A program made the position numbers and the translations under genes. A DNA stretch of 64,000 bases from the NCBI GenBank assembly GCA_035341015.1, contig DAOQUL010000007.1, positions 27,599 through 91,598 on the forward strand, written 5' to 3'. The notes beneath the pieces are model-generated. The model had not been told where the DNA came from. It did no database searches and worked only from the letters and a program-made list of their open reading frames with translations. This stretch comes from Anaerolineales bacterium (lineage in GTDB: Bacteria; Chloroflexota; Anaerolineae; Anaerolineales; UBA4823). This document shows positions 46,194 through 54,523 of this stretch, in pieces (positions within the stretch are counted from its first letter, which is position 1; the number at the start of each line of letters is the position of its first letter).

Positions 46194-48043
46194 AACGACT
46201 GATCTGGCTCGAATGGGCCCTGCTCCTGGCTGCCCTGGCCGCCTTCACCATCACCGAGCAGTACCGGCCTTACGTCACGGTCGGGTTGGGGTTGCTGGCG
46301 GCCTCCTTTGGGCTGCGCTGGCTGCGCACTGGCAAATTTGTCCCCCGCTCTGGTCTTGAGCTTTCGGCCATCCTGTTCATCGCCAGCGCCGCCCTCGCCA
46401 CCTGGATCGCCGTGGACCGGCCCACCGCCATGCTGCAAATGGCCCGCATCCTGGCCGCCGCGGCCCTGTTCTACGCCATCGTCAGCCTCGAACGGGCCTG
46501 GCTGCCCTGGCTGGCCGCCGGCCTTGTGGCTGCTGCCGCCTTCCTGGCCCTCTATTGGCCCCTCCAGCATGACTTTGCCGCCGAGACGGCCAAGTTCGCT
46601 TTCATTACCAATCTCGGCCTGTGGCTCAACGCCCATTTCCCCGCCCTCCCCGGCCCATCCATCCATGCCAACGTGGCGGCGGGGACCCTGGCCCTGGCGC
46701 TGCCCTTTGACCTGGCCCTGGCCTGGCAGGCCTGGCAGGCGGGGCGCAAACCCCTGGCCCTGCTGGCCGCCGCTGCCGGCCTGCTCATCGCCGCCGGCCT
46801 GCTAATGACCAGCAGCCGCGGCGCCTGGGTGGGGCTGGCGGGTATGCTGGGATTAGCGCTGATGGCCTGGCTGCAGCGGCGGCGTTTCGCAACTTCGAAG
46901 CGCCAGGCTTTCTTCTGGGGGCTGTCGGCTATCGCCGGGTTGGGCCTGGCGGCTGCCCTGGCCGCCACCGGCTGGCTGGAGCGCCTGCTCGGCCAACTGC
47001 CTGACCCCACCGGCAGCATGACCGGCCGGACGCACCTGTGGCTCCAGGGCCTGCCCCTGATCCGCGATTACCTCTTCACCGGCAGCGGCCTGATGGGCTT
47101 CCGCATCTTGTTTGGCATTTACGGCCTGCTCATCCATTCCCCCTACCAGGATCATTTGCACAACACCTACCTGGAAGTCTGGCTCGAGCAGGGGCTGCTG
47201 GGCTTCATTGGCTTTGCCCTGGGCGCGCTGGTGATTGCCGGGTGGGCCTGGAAAGTCCTCGCCCGCCGCCAGATTTCTATTTGGGGCTGGGCCGGGTTGG
47301 CCGCCCTGGCCGTGGCCGGGCTGCACGGCATCTTCGACGTGGTCTTTTACGTGACGCGCACCTTGCCCCTCATCGGCCTGGTCGGCGGCTTTGCCTGGTG
47401 GCTGCTGGAGCAGGGGCAGGGCCAGCCGGAGGCAAAGCCTACCTTGCGCACCGTCAAGTCTTCTTCGACTGTATGCCTCCTTAAGCTCGCCGCTGCCGGC
47501 GCCCTCCTGCTCCTGGCGCTCATCTTCCACCGCCCTCTGCTCTCCGCCTTCTACGCTAACCTGGGCGCCCTCTCCCAAACCCGCACTGAGATGACCGCCC
47601 TCGGGGTGGATAACTTCGACAACCCCACCTTAGACGAGATCCGCCAACGCAGCGATCTGGGCCAGGCCGAAGCCTATTTCCACCAGGCCCTGCGCTGGAA
47701 CCCGGCCAACCTCACCGCCCTCCAGCGCCTCTCCGCCATCGCCCTCAGCCGGGGGCAGCCTGACCAGGCCCTGGCCTGGATGCAGACTGCCTGGGAGGCC
47801 GGCAGCCGGGAGGAGATCACCCGCCTGCTCCTCGGCGATGCCCTGGCCGCCCTCGGGCAGACCCAATCTGCCGCCGAGACCGTGCGCGGCCTCACCTGGG
47901 CTGAGGGCCGCCTGATGTTCCAGGCCTGGTACCGCTACGAGCGCCAGGGTGATCTTGACCGCGCCGCACTGGCCTGGCAGGCCGTCCTGGCCCTCAACCC
48001 CCACAACCAGCAGGCCCTGGATTGGCTGGCGGCCCATCCTTAG
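46190..48043 (+). CDS. Wzy_C/O-antigen-ligase-family polytopic membrane protein with C-terminal TPR domain
   Basis: About 10-12 TM helices, an MTSSRGAW motif, a large loop, and C-terminal TPR-like repeats (YFHQALRWNPANLTALQRL...). Confidence 0.75.
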   Translation: MKRLIWLEWALLLAALAAFTITEQYRPYVTVGLGLLAASFGLRWLRTGKFVPRSGLELSAILFIASAALATWIAVDRPTAMLQMARILAAAALFYAIVSLERAWLPWLAAGLVAAAAFLALYWPLQHDFAAETAKFAFITNLGLWLNAHFPALPGPSIHANVAAGTLALALPFDLALAWQAWQAGRKPLALLAAAAGLLIAAGLLMTSSRGAWVGLAGMLGLALMAWLQRRRFATSKRQAFFWGLSAIAGLGLAAALAATGWLERLLGQLPDPTGSMTGRTHLWLQGLPLIRDYLFTGSGLMGFRILFGIYGLLIHSPYQDHLHNTYLEVWLEQGLLGFIGFALGALVIAGWAWKVLARRQISIWGWAGLAALAVAGLHGIFDVVFYVTRTLPLIGLVGGFAWWLLEQGQGQPEAKPTLRTVKSSSTVCLLKLAAAGALLLLALIFHRPLLSAFYANLGALSQTRTEMTALGVDNFDNPTLDEIRQRSDLGQAEAYFHQALRWNPANLTALQRLSAIALSRGQPDQALAWMQTAWEAGSREEITRLLLGDALAALGQTQSAAETVRGLTWAEGRLMFQAWYRYERQGDLDRAALAWQAVLALNPHNQQALDWLAAHP

Positions 48044-48076
48044 AACTTATCGCTGTCTCAAACCGATCATTCCTCC

Positions 48077-50899
48077 ATGAAACCCCTCCCTCGTCTTCTT
48101 CTATTCCTCCTTCTCTTTTCCTTTGCCGCGCCATTGGCCCTTGGCCCCGCCCGCGCCCAGTCCTCCGATCCCTTCTGGAGCGAGCCCGCCAACCTCTCCC
48201 AATCCGGCGCCGCCTCCCAGCCCCGCCTGCTGGCCGCCCCCGATGGCCGCCTGCAGGCCTTCTGGTGGGACCGCTTCGACGGCCTGACCAGCGCCCTCTA
48301 CGACGGCAGCGCCTGGGGCGAGCCCTTCGCCGCCCCCCTGCCTGGCACCCAGTCTGCCCCCCAACTCCTGCTCGCCCTCTCCTCTCCCTCTCCCCTCTCC
48401 ACTCCAGCGGAGTGGAGAGGGGCCGGGGGTGAGGTGGGCTCCGGGGGTGAGGTGGGTGAGGTGGGTGATGTAGGCACCGTCCACGCCCTATGGCTGGATG
48501 GCGGCGCCTTGCTGCACAGCACCACCCCCTTCGGCCAGGCCGCCTGGAGCCGCCCCGCCAACCTGGCTGACCCCGCCATGGCTTACCAGGCCGCCCTGGC
48601 CCCCGATGGCGCTCTCTCGGTCGCCTACCTGCGCACCCTCCAGGACGAGACCGCCGCCGCCGGCCTCTATTACCTGCGCTTGCCCGCCGGCCAACTCTCC
48701 TGGACCGCCGCCGTCCCCGTCCACACCTCGCGCTACTACCGCCTGCTCACCGCCGAAACCGCCTACCTCTCCCTGCTCGACCTCTCCTCCCCCCTCTCCA
48801 CCACAACGGAGGGGGTAGGGGCCGGGGGTGAGGTAGGGGCCGCGGTCTTCCTGGCCTGGCACGAGCCCCAGACCGGCGCCGCCCTCTACGCTGCCTCGGC
48901 CGCCAGCGCTGCCTGGAGCGCCCCCCAGCCTCTCAGCGATGACCAGGCCCTGGCCCCCGCCCGCCCCCGCCTGGCCGCCCAGCCGGATGGCGCCCCCCTG
49001 CTCATCTGGCAGGATGCCTCCCGCAGCGCCTGCACCCTGTACCAGCAGGCCTGGTCCCCCACCAGCGGGTCGGATGGCGATTGGGCCGCCCCTGCCCCCA
49101 TCCTGGATGGACTGGCCGCCTGCCCCGCCGCCGGACAGTTCTACAATCAAGGTGGCTTGCTTTACTGGCTCTGGAGCTCGGCCGGTGGCGGCCTGGCCCT
49201 GGCCGCCTGGGACCCTCAGACCAAAGGCTGGTCTGAGGCGCAGACTCTATCCGCCAGCCTCTCCGCCGCCCCCACGGCCGCCGAGAGCCCCCTCTCCGAT
49301 CCCCTCCTGGCCTTCGACGCCTCCTCCGCCGGCCTGCTCTTGCTCGGCCAGGACGAGCAGGGGGATATCTGGTTTGCCCGCAGCTCCGCCGCCGCCCTGC
49401 AATTGGTCTACCCAACCCCCTCCCCCTGGAGCCTTTCCCAGCCCCTCTCAAGCGCCGGCCTGGCCGCCGCCGACCCCGCCCTGGCCCTTGACGACCAGAA
49501 CCGCATCCACGTGGTGTGGAGCGAGGGCCAGCCTGGCGCCCCCGCCTCCCAGATCCTCTACGCCCGCTCCGCCGATGGTCAACCCGGCGCCGACGGGCTG
49601 CCCGTCGCCATCTCCTTCTCCCGCCCTGCTGCCGTGGTCAGCGCGGCGGCCGGTGAAGTGGCCCGCCAGCCCGCCCTGCTGCTGCAAGAGGGCTGGCTGC
49701 ACCTGGCCTGGAGCGGCGGGAGCGAGGGCGAGATCCTTTACAGCCGTGCCGCCCTCGACCAGGCCGCCTCGGCCGCTGCCTGGTCGCCCGCCCAATACAT
49801 TTCCAACGGCCTGCCGGGGGCCTGGCCCCTGCTGGCCGCCGACCAATCTGGCGGGCTCTACCTGCTTTACGTGCTGCCTGCCAACGAAGGGCGCGGTGTG
49901 TACCTGGCCCGCTCGCAAGATGGCGGCAGCACCTGGACGGCCCCTGAGATGGTCTTCGATGCCGGCGCCGCCGGCTGGCGCATGGTGGGGCCGACCGCCC
50001 TGGCCCTGACCCCCTCCCTGCGCCTGGCCGGGCTGACCGAGCTGCACGTGGTCATCACCCGCCAGGCCTTGCCCGGCACCCTGCCCGCCCAGGGCCTGGT
50101 GTACACCCGCGCCGCCCTCTCTGCCGCCTCCCTCCAACCCCTGGCCTGGAGCGAGCCCTTCGAGGCCGCGGCGGCCGCCTACAGTGCCCCGCGCCTGGCC
50201 GCCTCGGCTGGCCGCCTGCACCTGTTCTCGGTGGATGCGGCGGGGGCCTTGTGGCAGCGCAGCCTGCCCCTCGACGCCCCCTTTGAGGACGTGGCCGCCT
50301 GGGGCACCCCGCAGCGGGTGAGTGGCTGGGTGAACCTCAGCGGCTGGGTGAACCTCAGCGGCTGGGATAACCTGACCGGCGGCCTGCCTTACGGCCTGGC
50401 TGCCGCCGGCGGCCTGCTGGATGGCAACCTGTACCTGGCCGGGCCCGCCTACCAGGTTAACACCGACCCGGCCTTCATCCTGCGTTTCAGCGCCTGGCAA
50501 GATGCCCGCTGGACCGCCTCCGAGGCCTACGATCCGATCCATATGCCTGCCGGTGAGGTGCTGGCTGCCGCTGCCGCCGCCCGCCCTGAGGGCGCCCGCC
50601 TGGCCCTGGCCTGGGTCTCTTTGGATGCCGACGGCCTGCCGGCCCTGCGCCTGGCCTGGCGCCCCCTGCCAGAATTCACCCTGCCGCCCCTGCCCACCCC
50701 CCAGCCCACATCCACCCTGCCGCCCCAGCCCACCCTGGCCCCCACGATTGCCCCCAGCCCCACGCCGGACCTGAACCGCACTGCCCCTGCTTCAACCAGC
50801 CTGCCCGACCCGCGCCTGCTGGGCGGCGGCCTGGCGGCCCTGATCGTAGTTGGAGTGATCGTGGTGGTAAGATTGGGCTGGTTCCGCAAGCCGTCTTAA
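48077..50899 (+). CDS. secreted BNR/Asp-box beta-propeller-like surface protein, C-terminally anchored (940 aa)
   Basis: Signal peptide, Asp-box SQDGGSTW, repeated W-S-x-P...h-h-W blade pattern, PTPQPTSTLPPQPT linker, and a TM helix followed by FRKPS at the C-terminus. Confidence 0.7.
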   Translation: MKPLPRLLLFLLLFSFAAPLALGPARAQSSDPFWSEPANLSQSGAASQPRLLAAPDGRLQAFWWDRFDGLTSALYDGSAWGEPFAAPLPGTQSAPQLLLALSSPSPLSTPAEWRGAGGEVGSGGEVGEVGDVGTVHALWLDGGALLHSTTPFGQAAWSRPANLADPAMAYQAALAPDGALSVAYLRTLQDETAAAGLYYLRLPAGQLSWTAAVPVHTSRYYRLLTAETAYLSLLDLSSPLSTTTEGVGAGGEVGAAVFLAWHEPQTGAALYAASAASAAWSAPQPLSDDQALAPARPRLAAQPDGAPLLIWQDASRSACTLYQQAWSPTSGSDGDWAAPAPILDGLAACPAAGQFYNQGGLLYWLWSSAGGGLALAAWDPQTKGWSEAQTLSASLSAAPTAAESPLSDPLLAFDASSAGLLLLGQDEQGDIWFARSSAAALQLVYPTPSPWSLSQPLSSAGLAAADPALALDDQNRIHVVWSEGQPGAPASQILYARSADGQPGADGLPVAISFSRPAAVVSAAAGEVARQPALLLQEGWLHLAWSGGSEGEILYSRAALDQAASAAAWSPAQYISNGLPGAWPLLAADQSGGLYLLYVLPANEGRGVYLARSQDGGSTWTAPEMVFDAGAAGWRMVGPTALALTPSLRLAGLTELHVVITRQALPGTLPAQGLVYTRAALSAASLQPLAWSEPFEAAAAAYSAPRLAASAGRLHLFSVDAAGALWQRSLPLDAPFEDVAAWGTPQRVSGWVNLSGWVNLSGWDNLTGGLPYGLAAAGGLLDGNLYLAGPAYQVNTDPAFILRFSAWQDARWTASEAYDPIHMPAGEVLAAAAAARPEGARLALAWVSLDADGLPALRLAWRPLPEFTLPPLPTPQPTSTLPPQPTLAPTIAPSPTPDLNRTAPASTSLPDPRLLGGGLAALIVVGVIVVVRLGWFRKPS
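48392..48470 (+). repeat. GC-rich palindromic element plus in-frame (GGTGAGGTG)n-type microsatellite inside the BNR gene, copy 1
   Basis: 14-bp perfect stem cccctctccactcc (48392-48405) / ggagtggagagggg (48409-48422), then ccgggggtgaggtggg twice and gtgaggtgg repeats. Translated as PLSTPAEWRGAGGEVGSGGEVGEVGDVG. Confidence 0.8.
48791..48839 (+). repeat. degenerate second copy of the same element inside the BNR gene
   Basis: cccctctccaccacaacggagggggtaggggccgggggtgaggtagggg aligns with copy 1. The stem is imperfect. Translated as PLSTTTEGVGAGGEVG. Confidence 0.7.
50324..50377 (+). repeat. 18-nt coding tandem repeat, about 3 units
   Basis: ggctgggtgaacctcagc twice, then the degenerate unit ggctgggataacctgacc. 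Encodes GWVNLSGWVNLSGWDNLT. Confidence 0.85.
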
Positions 50900-51054
50900 A
50901 AAAGGAACGACTCAAACGACGAGGAACGACTGCGGCGGGGAAGGGCGAAAAACTTTTGGGGCGGGGACTCTATACATAGGATAGCAGAATTTTTGGGCGG
51001 CACAAGAGGAAATTGGACGGATGCAGTCCGCCCCTACAGATTTTATAGGAAACT

Positions 51055-51222
51055 ATGGCAGAAGAACTCTCTACCCAACACCAAGTCATCATCGAGCCCT
51101 CGCGCGGCTGGCTGGACCTGCAGTTGCGCGCCCTGTGGCAGTACCGCGATCTGCTGGGCTTTTTGGTGTGGCGCGCCGTGAAGGTGCGTTATGAATCACA
51201 GCAAAAAGGTTTGGAGGTTTGA
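51055..51222 (+). pseudogene. wzm: 5' stump of a high-GC Wzm-type ABC-2 polysaccharide-export permease gene
   Basis: Hand-translated 55-codon ORF MAEELSTQHQVIIEPSRGWLDLQLRALWQYRDLLGFLVWRAVKVRYESQQKGLEV*. YRDLLGFLVWRAVKVRY aligns with YRELIINWAIRDIRSRY of the intact wzm 100 nt downstream. Similarity and high GC both end near 51190. Confidence 0.65.
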
Positions 51223-51297
51223 GTATGGACCTTGATGTGGCCGGGATGTTAAAGTCAGAATATTTTAGGCGAATTGATAGCTCAAGATTTCAAAACT

Positions 51298-52116
51298 ATG
51301 GATAAACAACTTTCAATAGGTCAAAAGAACACACTTGTACAAAAGGTGAAAATACTTGTCCATTATCGGGAATTAATCATAAATTGGGCCATACGTGATA
51401 TTCGTTCTCGCTATCGCCAGTCTTTTATGGGCATGGGATGGCTATTAATCCAGCCTGTCTTTCAAATAATTATCGTTAGCGTGATTTTTGGCTATTTTAT
51501 CAAAGTGCCCAGTGAGGGAATGCCTTACCCAATTTTTTATTTTGCTGCCATGATGCCTTGGATGCTATTCCAGGGGATGATTTCTAGCGCCGTGCCAAGC
51601 GTGCTTAATAACATGGCTTTGGTTAGTAAAATCTATTTTCCTCGCGAAATTCTTCCTCTGGCTTCTATTCTGGCACGTTTTTTTGATTTTCTGATTTCAT
51701 TGGGTATTTATTTTGTTCTAATGATGGTATATAAGGTTCCATTGCAAATTACGTTGGTTCTAATTCCTGTTTTGCTAATATTACAAACAATTTTAGCCCT
51801 GGGAATAAGTCTCCTGGGCGCTGCCGTTAGCGTCTTTGTCCGGGATATTTCGTTTGCAATCCCTTTAGTGATGCAACTCTGGATGTATGCCACGCCAGTG
51901 ATCTATCCACTCGATCTGGTGCCAGAACAATGGCGTTGGCTTTACCTGCTCAATCCAATGGCGGGTGTTATCGACTCTTACCGGCGGATACTACTGTATG
52001 GCGAATGGCCAGACTTGATTTATCTGGCAAGTGCTGCATTCACATCATTGGTATTATGCCTGTTTGGTTACTGGTATTTTAAGAAACTCGAAATTACTAT
52101 GGCGGATGTACTGTGA
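51298..52116 (+). CDS. wzm: ABC-2 type polysaccharide-export permease
   Basis: Six hydrophobic segments and an N-terminal YRELIINWAIRDIRSRYRQSFMGMGWLLIQP motif. ATG at 51298 (TTG at 51274 also open). Confidence 0.85.
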   Translation: MDKQLSIGQKNTLVQKVKILVHYRELIINWAIRDIRSRYRQSFMGMGWLLIQPVFQIIIVSVIFGYFIKVPSEGMPYPIFYFAAMMPWMLFQGMISSAVPSVLNNMALVSKIYFPREILPLASILARFFDFLISLGIYFVLMMVYKVPLQITLVLIPVLLILQTILALGISLLGAAVSVFVRDISFAIPLVMQLWMYATPVIYPLDLVPEQWRWLYLLNPMAGVIDSYRRILLYGEWPDLIYLASAAFTSLVLCLFGYWYFKKLEITMADVL

Positions 52117-53363
52117 TGAATACCCAGCCCAGTATTGTTTTTGAGAAAGTTTCGAAGCGTTACTACATTGGCAAGCGGCATGTATTTGCCCAGCAATTGT
52201 TGCCTGAATTTATCCAACGCAGACTGGCCCAACGTTCCACTGTTGATGAATTGTGGGCATTGCAAGATGTATCATTAGAAGTTCACCCCGGTGAGGCGCT
52301 TGGGCTAATCGGTTCGAACGGTTCGGGCAAAACTACTACCCTTTCTATCTTGGCAGGCATCACGGCTGTCACACATGGGAGCGTGGCGGTGAGCGGCCGC
52401 GTTGGAGCGCTGATTCAACTCGGTGCAGGTTTCCATCCTGAACTAACTGGGCGCGAAAATATTTACCTCAATGCATCGATCTTGGGTCTGAAACGTGCTG
52501 AAGTCGATCGAATCTATGATGAGATTGTTGAATTTGCTGAACTAGAGAAGTTTATGGATACTCCGGTAAAGCGTTATTCTTCTGGCATGTATGCTCGTCT
52601 GGGATTCAGCGTAGCAATCCATATCAAGCCTGATATCTTGTTGGTAGACGAGGTATTGAGCGTTGGGGATATGAACTTTCAGAGTAAATGTCAACAGCGC
52701 ATGCGCAAGATGATGAGTGACAGGATAGCGGTTGTTTTCGTCTCTCACAATTTGCCTTCTGTTCAAGGCTTATGTGATAGGGTGGTTTGGCTTGATAGAG
52801 GCAAAATACGCGCATCAGGTAAAACCTCTGACGTTGTTGCGCAATACATGGATGCAATGAATGATCGGGCCCTCTCCACGCGCAATTCTGATTATTTTGG
52901 CACCCGCTGGGGTTCTGGAGATGTTACTTTAACAAAAGTTGATTTGATCGATCAAAACAATCAAATAACTAAAAAACTGAACTATCGCGATACAGCAACT
53001 GTCAGAATCGAATATCAGATTAACAAGTCGCTTCCAGGGGTTATATTTCGTCTCTGGATACAAGATGTTACTACAGGTGTAATCGTTACCTCGGCCGATT
53101 CAATCCGCGGTGAGAAGATTGGCGATTTTGGAAAACGAGGTGTGGTTGAATTTATTTTCCCAAATCTTCCCCTGAGACCGAGAAATTATTCTTTGTCGGT
53201 GGTTGCTGTCAGTACAGACTTATTGATACCCTATGATCGCTGGGGAAGTGTAATTACTTTCACTGTGTCTTCCAGCAACATCGAACGCGAAAGTGGCTAT
53301 GTTCATGGACAGCAAGACTTGGTCGAGATTCCCTACCAAGTTAGGACTTACCGATGTGATTGA
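52113..53363 (+). CDS. wzt: polysaccharide-export ABC ATPase with C-terminal glycan-binding (Wzt_C-like) domain
   Basis: Walker A GSNGSGKTT, signature YSSGMYARL, Walker B ILLVDEVLS. A ~165-aa beta-rich C-terminal extension. Overlaps wzm by 4 nt. Confidence 0.85.
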   Translation: MMNTQPSIVFEKVSKRYYIGKRHVFAQQLLPEFIQRRLAQRSTVDELWALQDVSLEVHPGEALGLIGSNGSGKTTTLSILAGITAVTHGSVAVSGRVGALIQLGAGFHPELTGRENIYLNASILGLKRAEVDRIYDEIVEFAELEKFMDTPVKRYSSGMYARLGFSVAIHIKPDILLVDEVLSVGDMNFQSKCQQRMRKMMSDRIAVVFVSHNLPSVQGLCDRVVWLDRGKIRASGKTSDVVAQYMDAMNDRALSTRNSDYFGTRWGSGDVTLTKVDLIDQNNQITKKLNYRDTATVRIEYQINKSLPGVIFRLWIQDVTTGVIVTSADSIRGEKIGDFGKRGVVEFIFPNLPLRPRNYSLSVVAVSTDLLIPYDRWGSVITFTVSSSNIERESGYVHGQQDLVEIPYQVRTYRCD

Positions 53364-53455
53364 GCAGCTAAAAAAGACAAGTATGATCGGATGGAAATAT
53401 TAGTGTTAGCGATAACAACTTTCCTTCCCACTATAATTTTTGAGGTAATTTTGTG

Positions 53456-54385
53456 ATGGATGAATTATTTGACAACGTAACGTACTACGGAATTAACAAA
53501 ATTATTCGGAATTATTGTCATTTTCCATCATCTTTACCTCTACCCGTATCAATTCAACATGGCTGGAGTTTTGTGCCATCCCTTCATGATGCTAGGGTAG
53601 GTGCATCTGAAAACTGGTATTGGTCTGATGCCATGGCAAAGGCTTACAAAGCTAAGTATCCTGAAATAAAAACACGGGCTGTAGGAGCACCATTCTTATA
53701 TTTTTTAAAAGTTATCTCTTATGAAGTTATGCCTGAAGAAACTAGAAAAGGATCGATTGTTTTTCCTTCGCACTCTTCTAGTTTAGCAAGAATATCTTGC
53801 GATTACAATCAGTATGCTGAAATGCTCTCTTATTTACCAGATATATATAAACCGGTCACGATTTGTATGTATCATATCGACTTTGAAAGAGGAATGGGAT
53901 CACCATTTGCCTCCAGAGGTTTTAAAATTGTAAGCAATGGTGATAGTTTGTATGAAGAAAATTTTCTTCTTAATTTCGTGAACAACTCGAGAGATAAGCT
54001 TTATGCTTTTTCCAACCAAATGACTTCGGCATTGCTTTTTGCATCTGCTATGGACCTTAAAGCATTTTATTACGGACCGCCTTTTCAGTTTGATAGTCAG
54101 GACCCCAATTTTACCAATATAGCAGACTATGATCAACGCTATAAGCAGTGGGAGATAAATAGTTCGAATTATTTCCAATTCCCTGACGTTAACATTTTGG
54201 ATCAACAGAAATTCTCTAGAGAAACATTAGGCGAAGAAAATCTTCTTTCGCCAATTGAAATGTTTTTCCTTTTATCAAAATTGGCTGTTAAAAAACAATA
54301 CCTCAGACAGGTATTACCCGATGATCACCTTGCCAAGAAAGTGTTCCGATTAATTAAACGAGCACTGATAAAAATCCTTGGGTAG
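53456..54385 (+). CDS. hypothetical protein (309 aa), low-GC island
   Basis: Intact ORF with a GAGG RBS. No motif recognised. Sits between wzt and the first glycosyltransferase. Confidence 0.55.
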   Translation: MDELFDNVTYYGINKIIRNYCHFPSSLPLPVSIQHGWSFVPSLHDARVGASENWYWSDAMAKAYKAKYPEIKTRAVGAPFLYFLKVISYEVMPEETRKGSIVFPSHSSSLARISCDYNQYAEMLSYLPDIYKPVTICMYHIDFERGMGSPFASRGFKIVSNGDSLYEENFLLNFVNNSRDKLYAFSNQMTSALLFASAMDLKAFYYGPPFQFDSQDPNFTNIADYDQRYKQWEINSSNYFQFPDVNILDQQKFSRETLGEENLLSPIEMFFLLSKLAVKKQYLRQVLPDDHLAKKVFRLIKRALIKILG

Positions 54386-54523
54386 CCATACCTTTGCCAA
54401 AAACAGACTGAGTTGGGATGTTTTTTTGTAGCGAAGTTGTGTCGCCTCCCATTCGGCAGAAATAAGGTGGCATAGGTGAATGTTAAGGTGGTTGACCAGG
54501 CAGTGCCAAGATCTAACTTCTAG

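Noticed and set aside
45306-50542. Many long overlapping or antisense ORFs in the 45-51 kb block, for example 45306-46088 (-), 46853-47578 (-), 48488-49150 (-), 48939-50009 (+) and 49448-50542 (-).
   Set aside because: Their Gly/Arg/Pro/Ala-dominated translations are typical of off-frame reading of very GC-rich DNA. Each overlaps a frame with real membrane-protein or Asp-box features. Stop codons are simply rare at this GC level.
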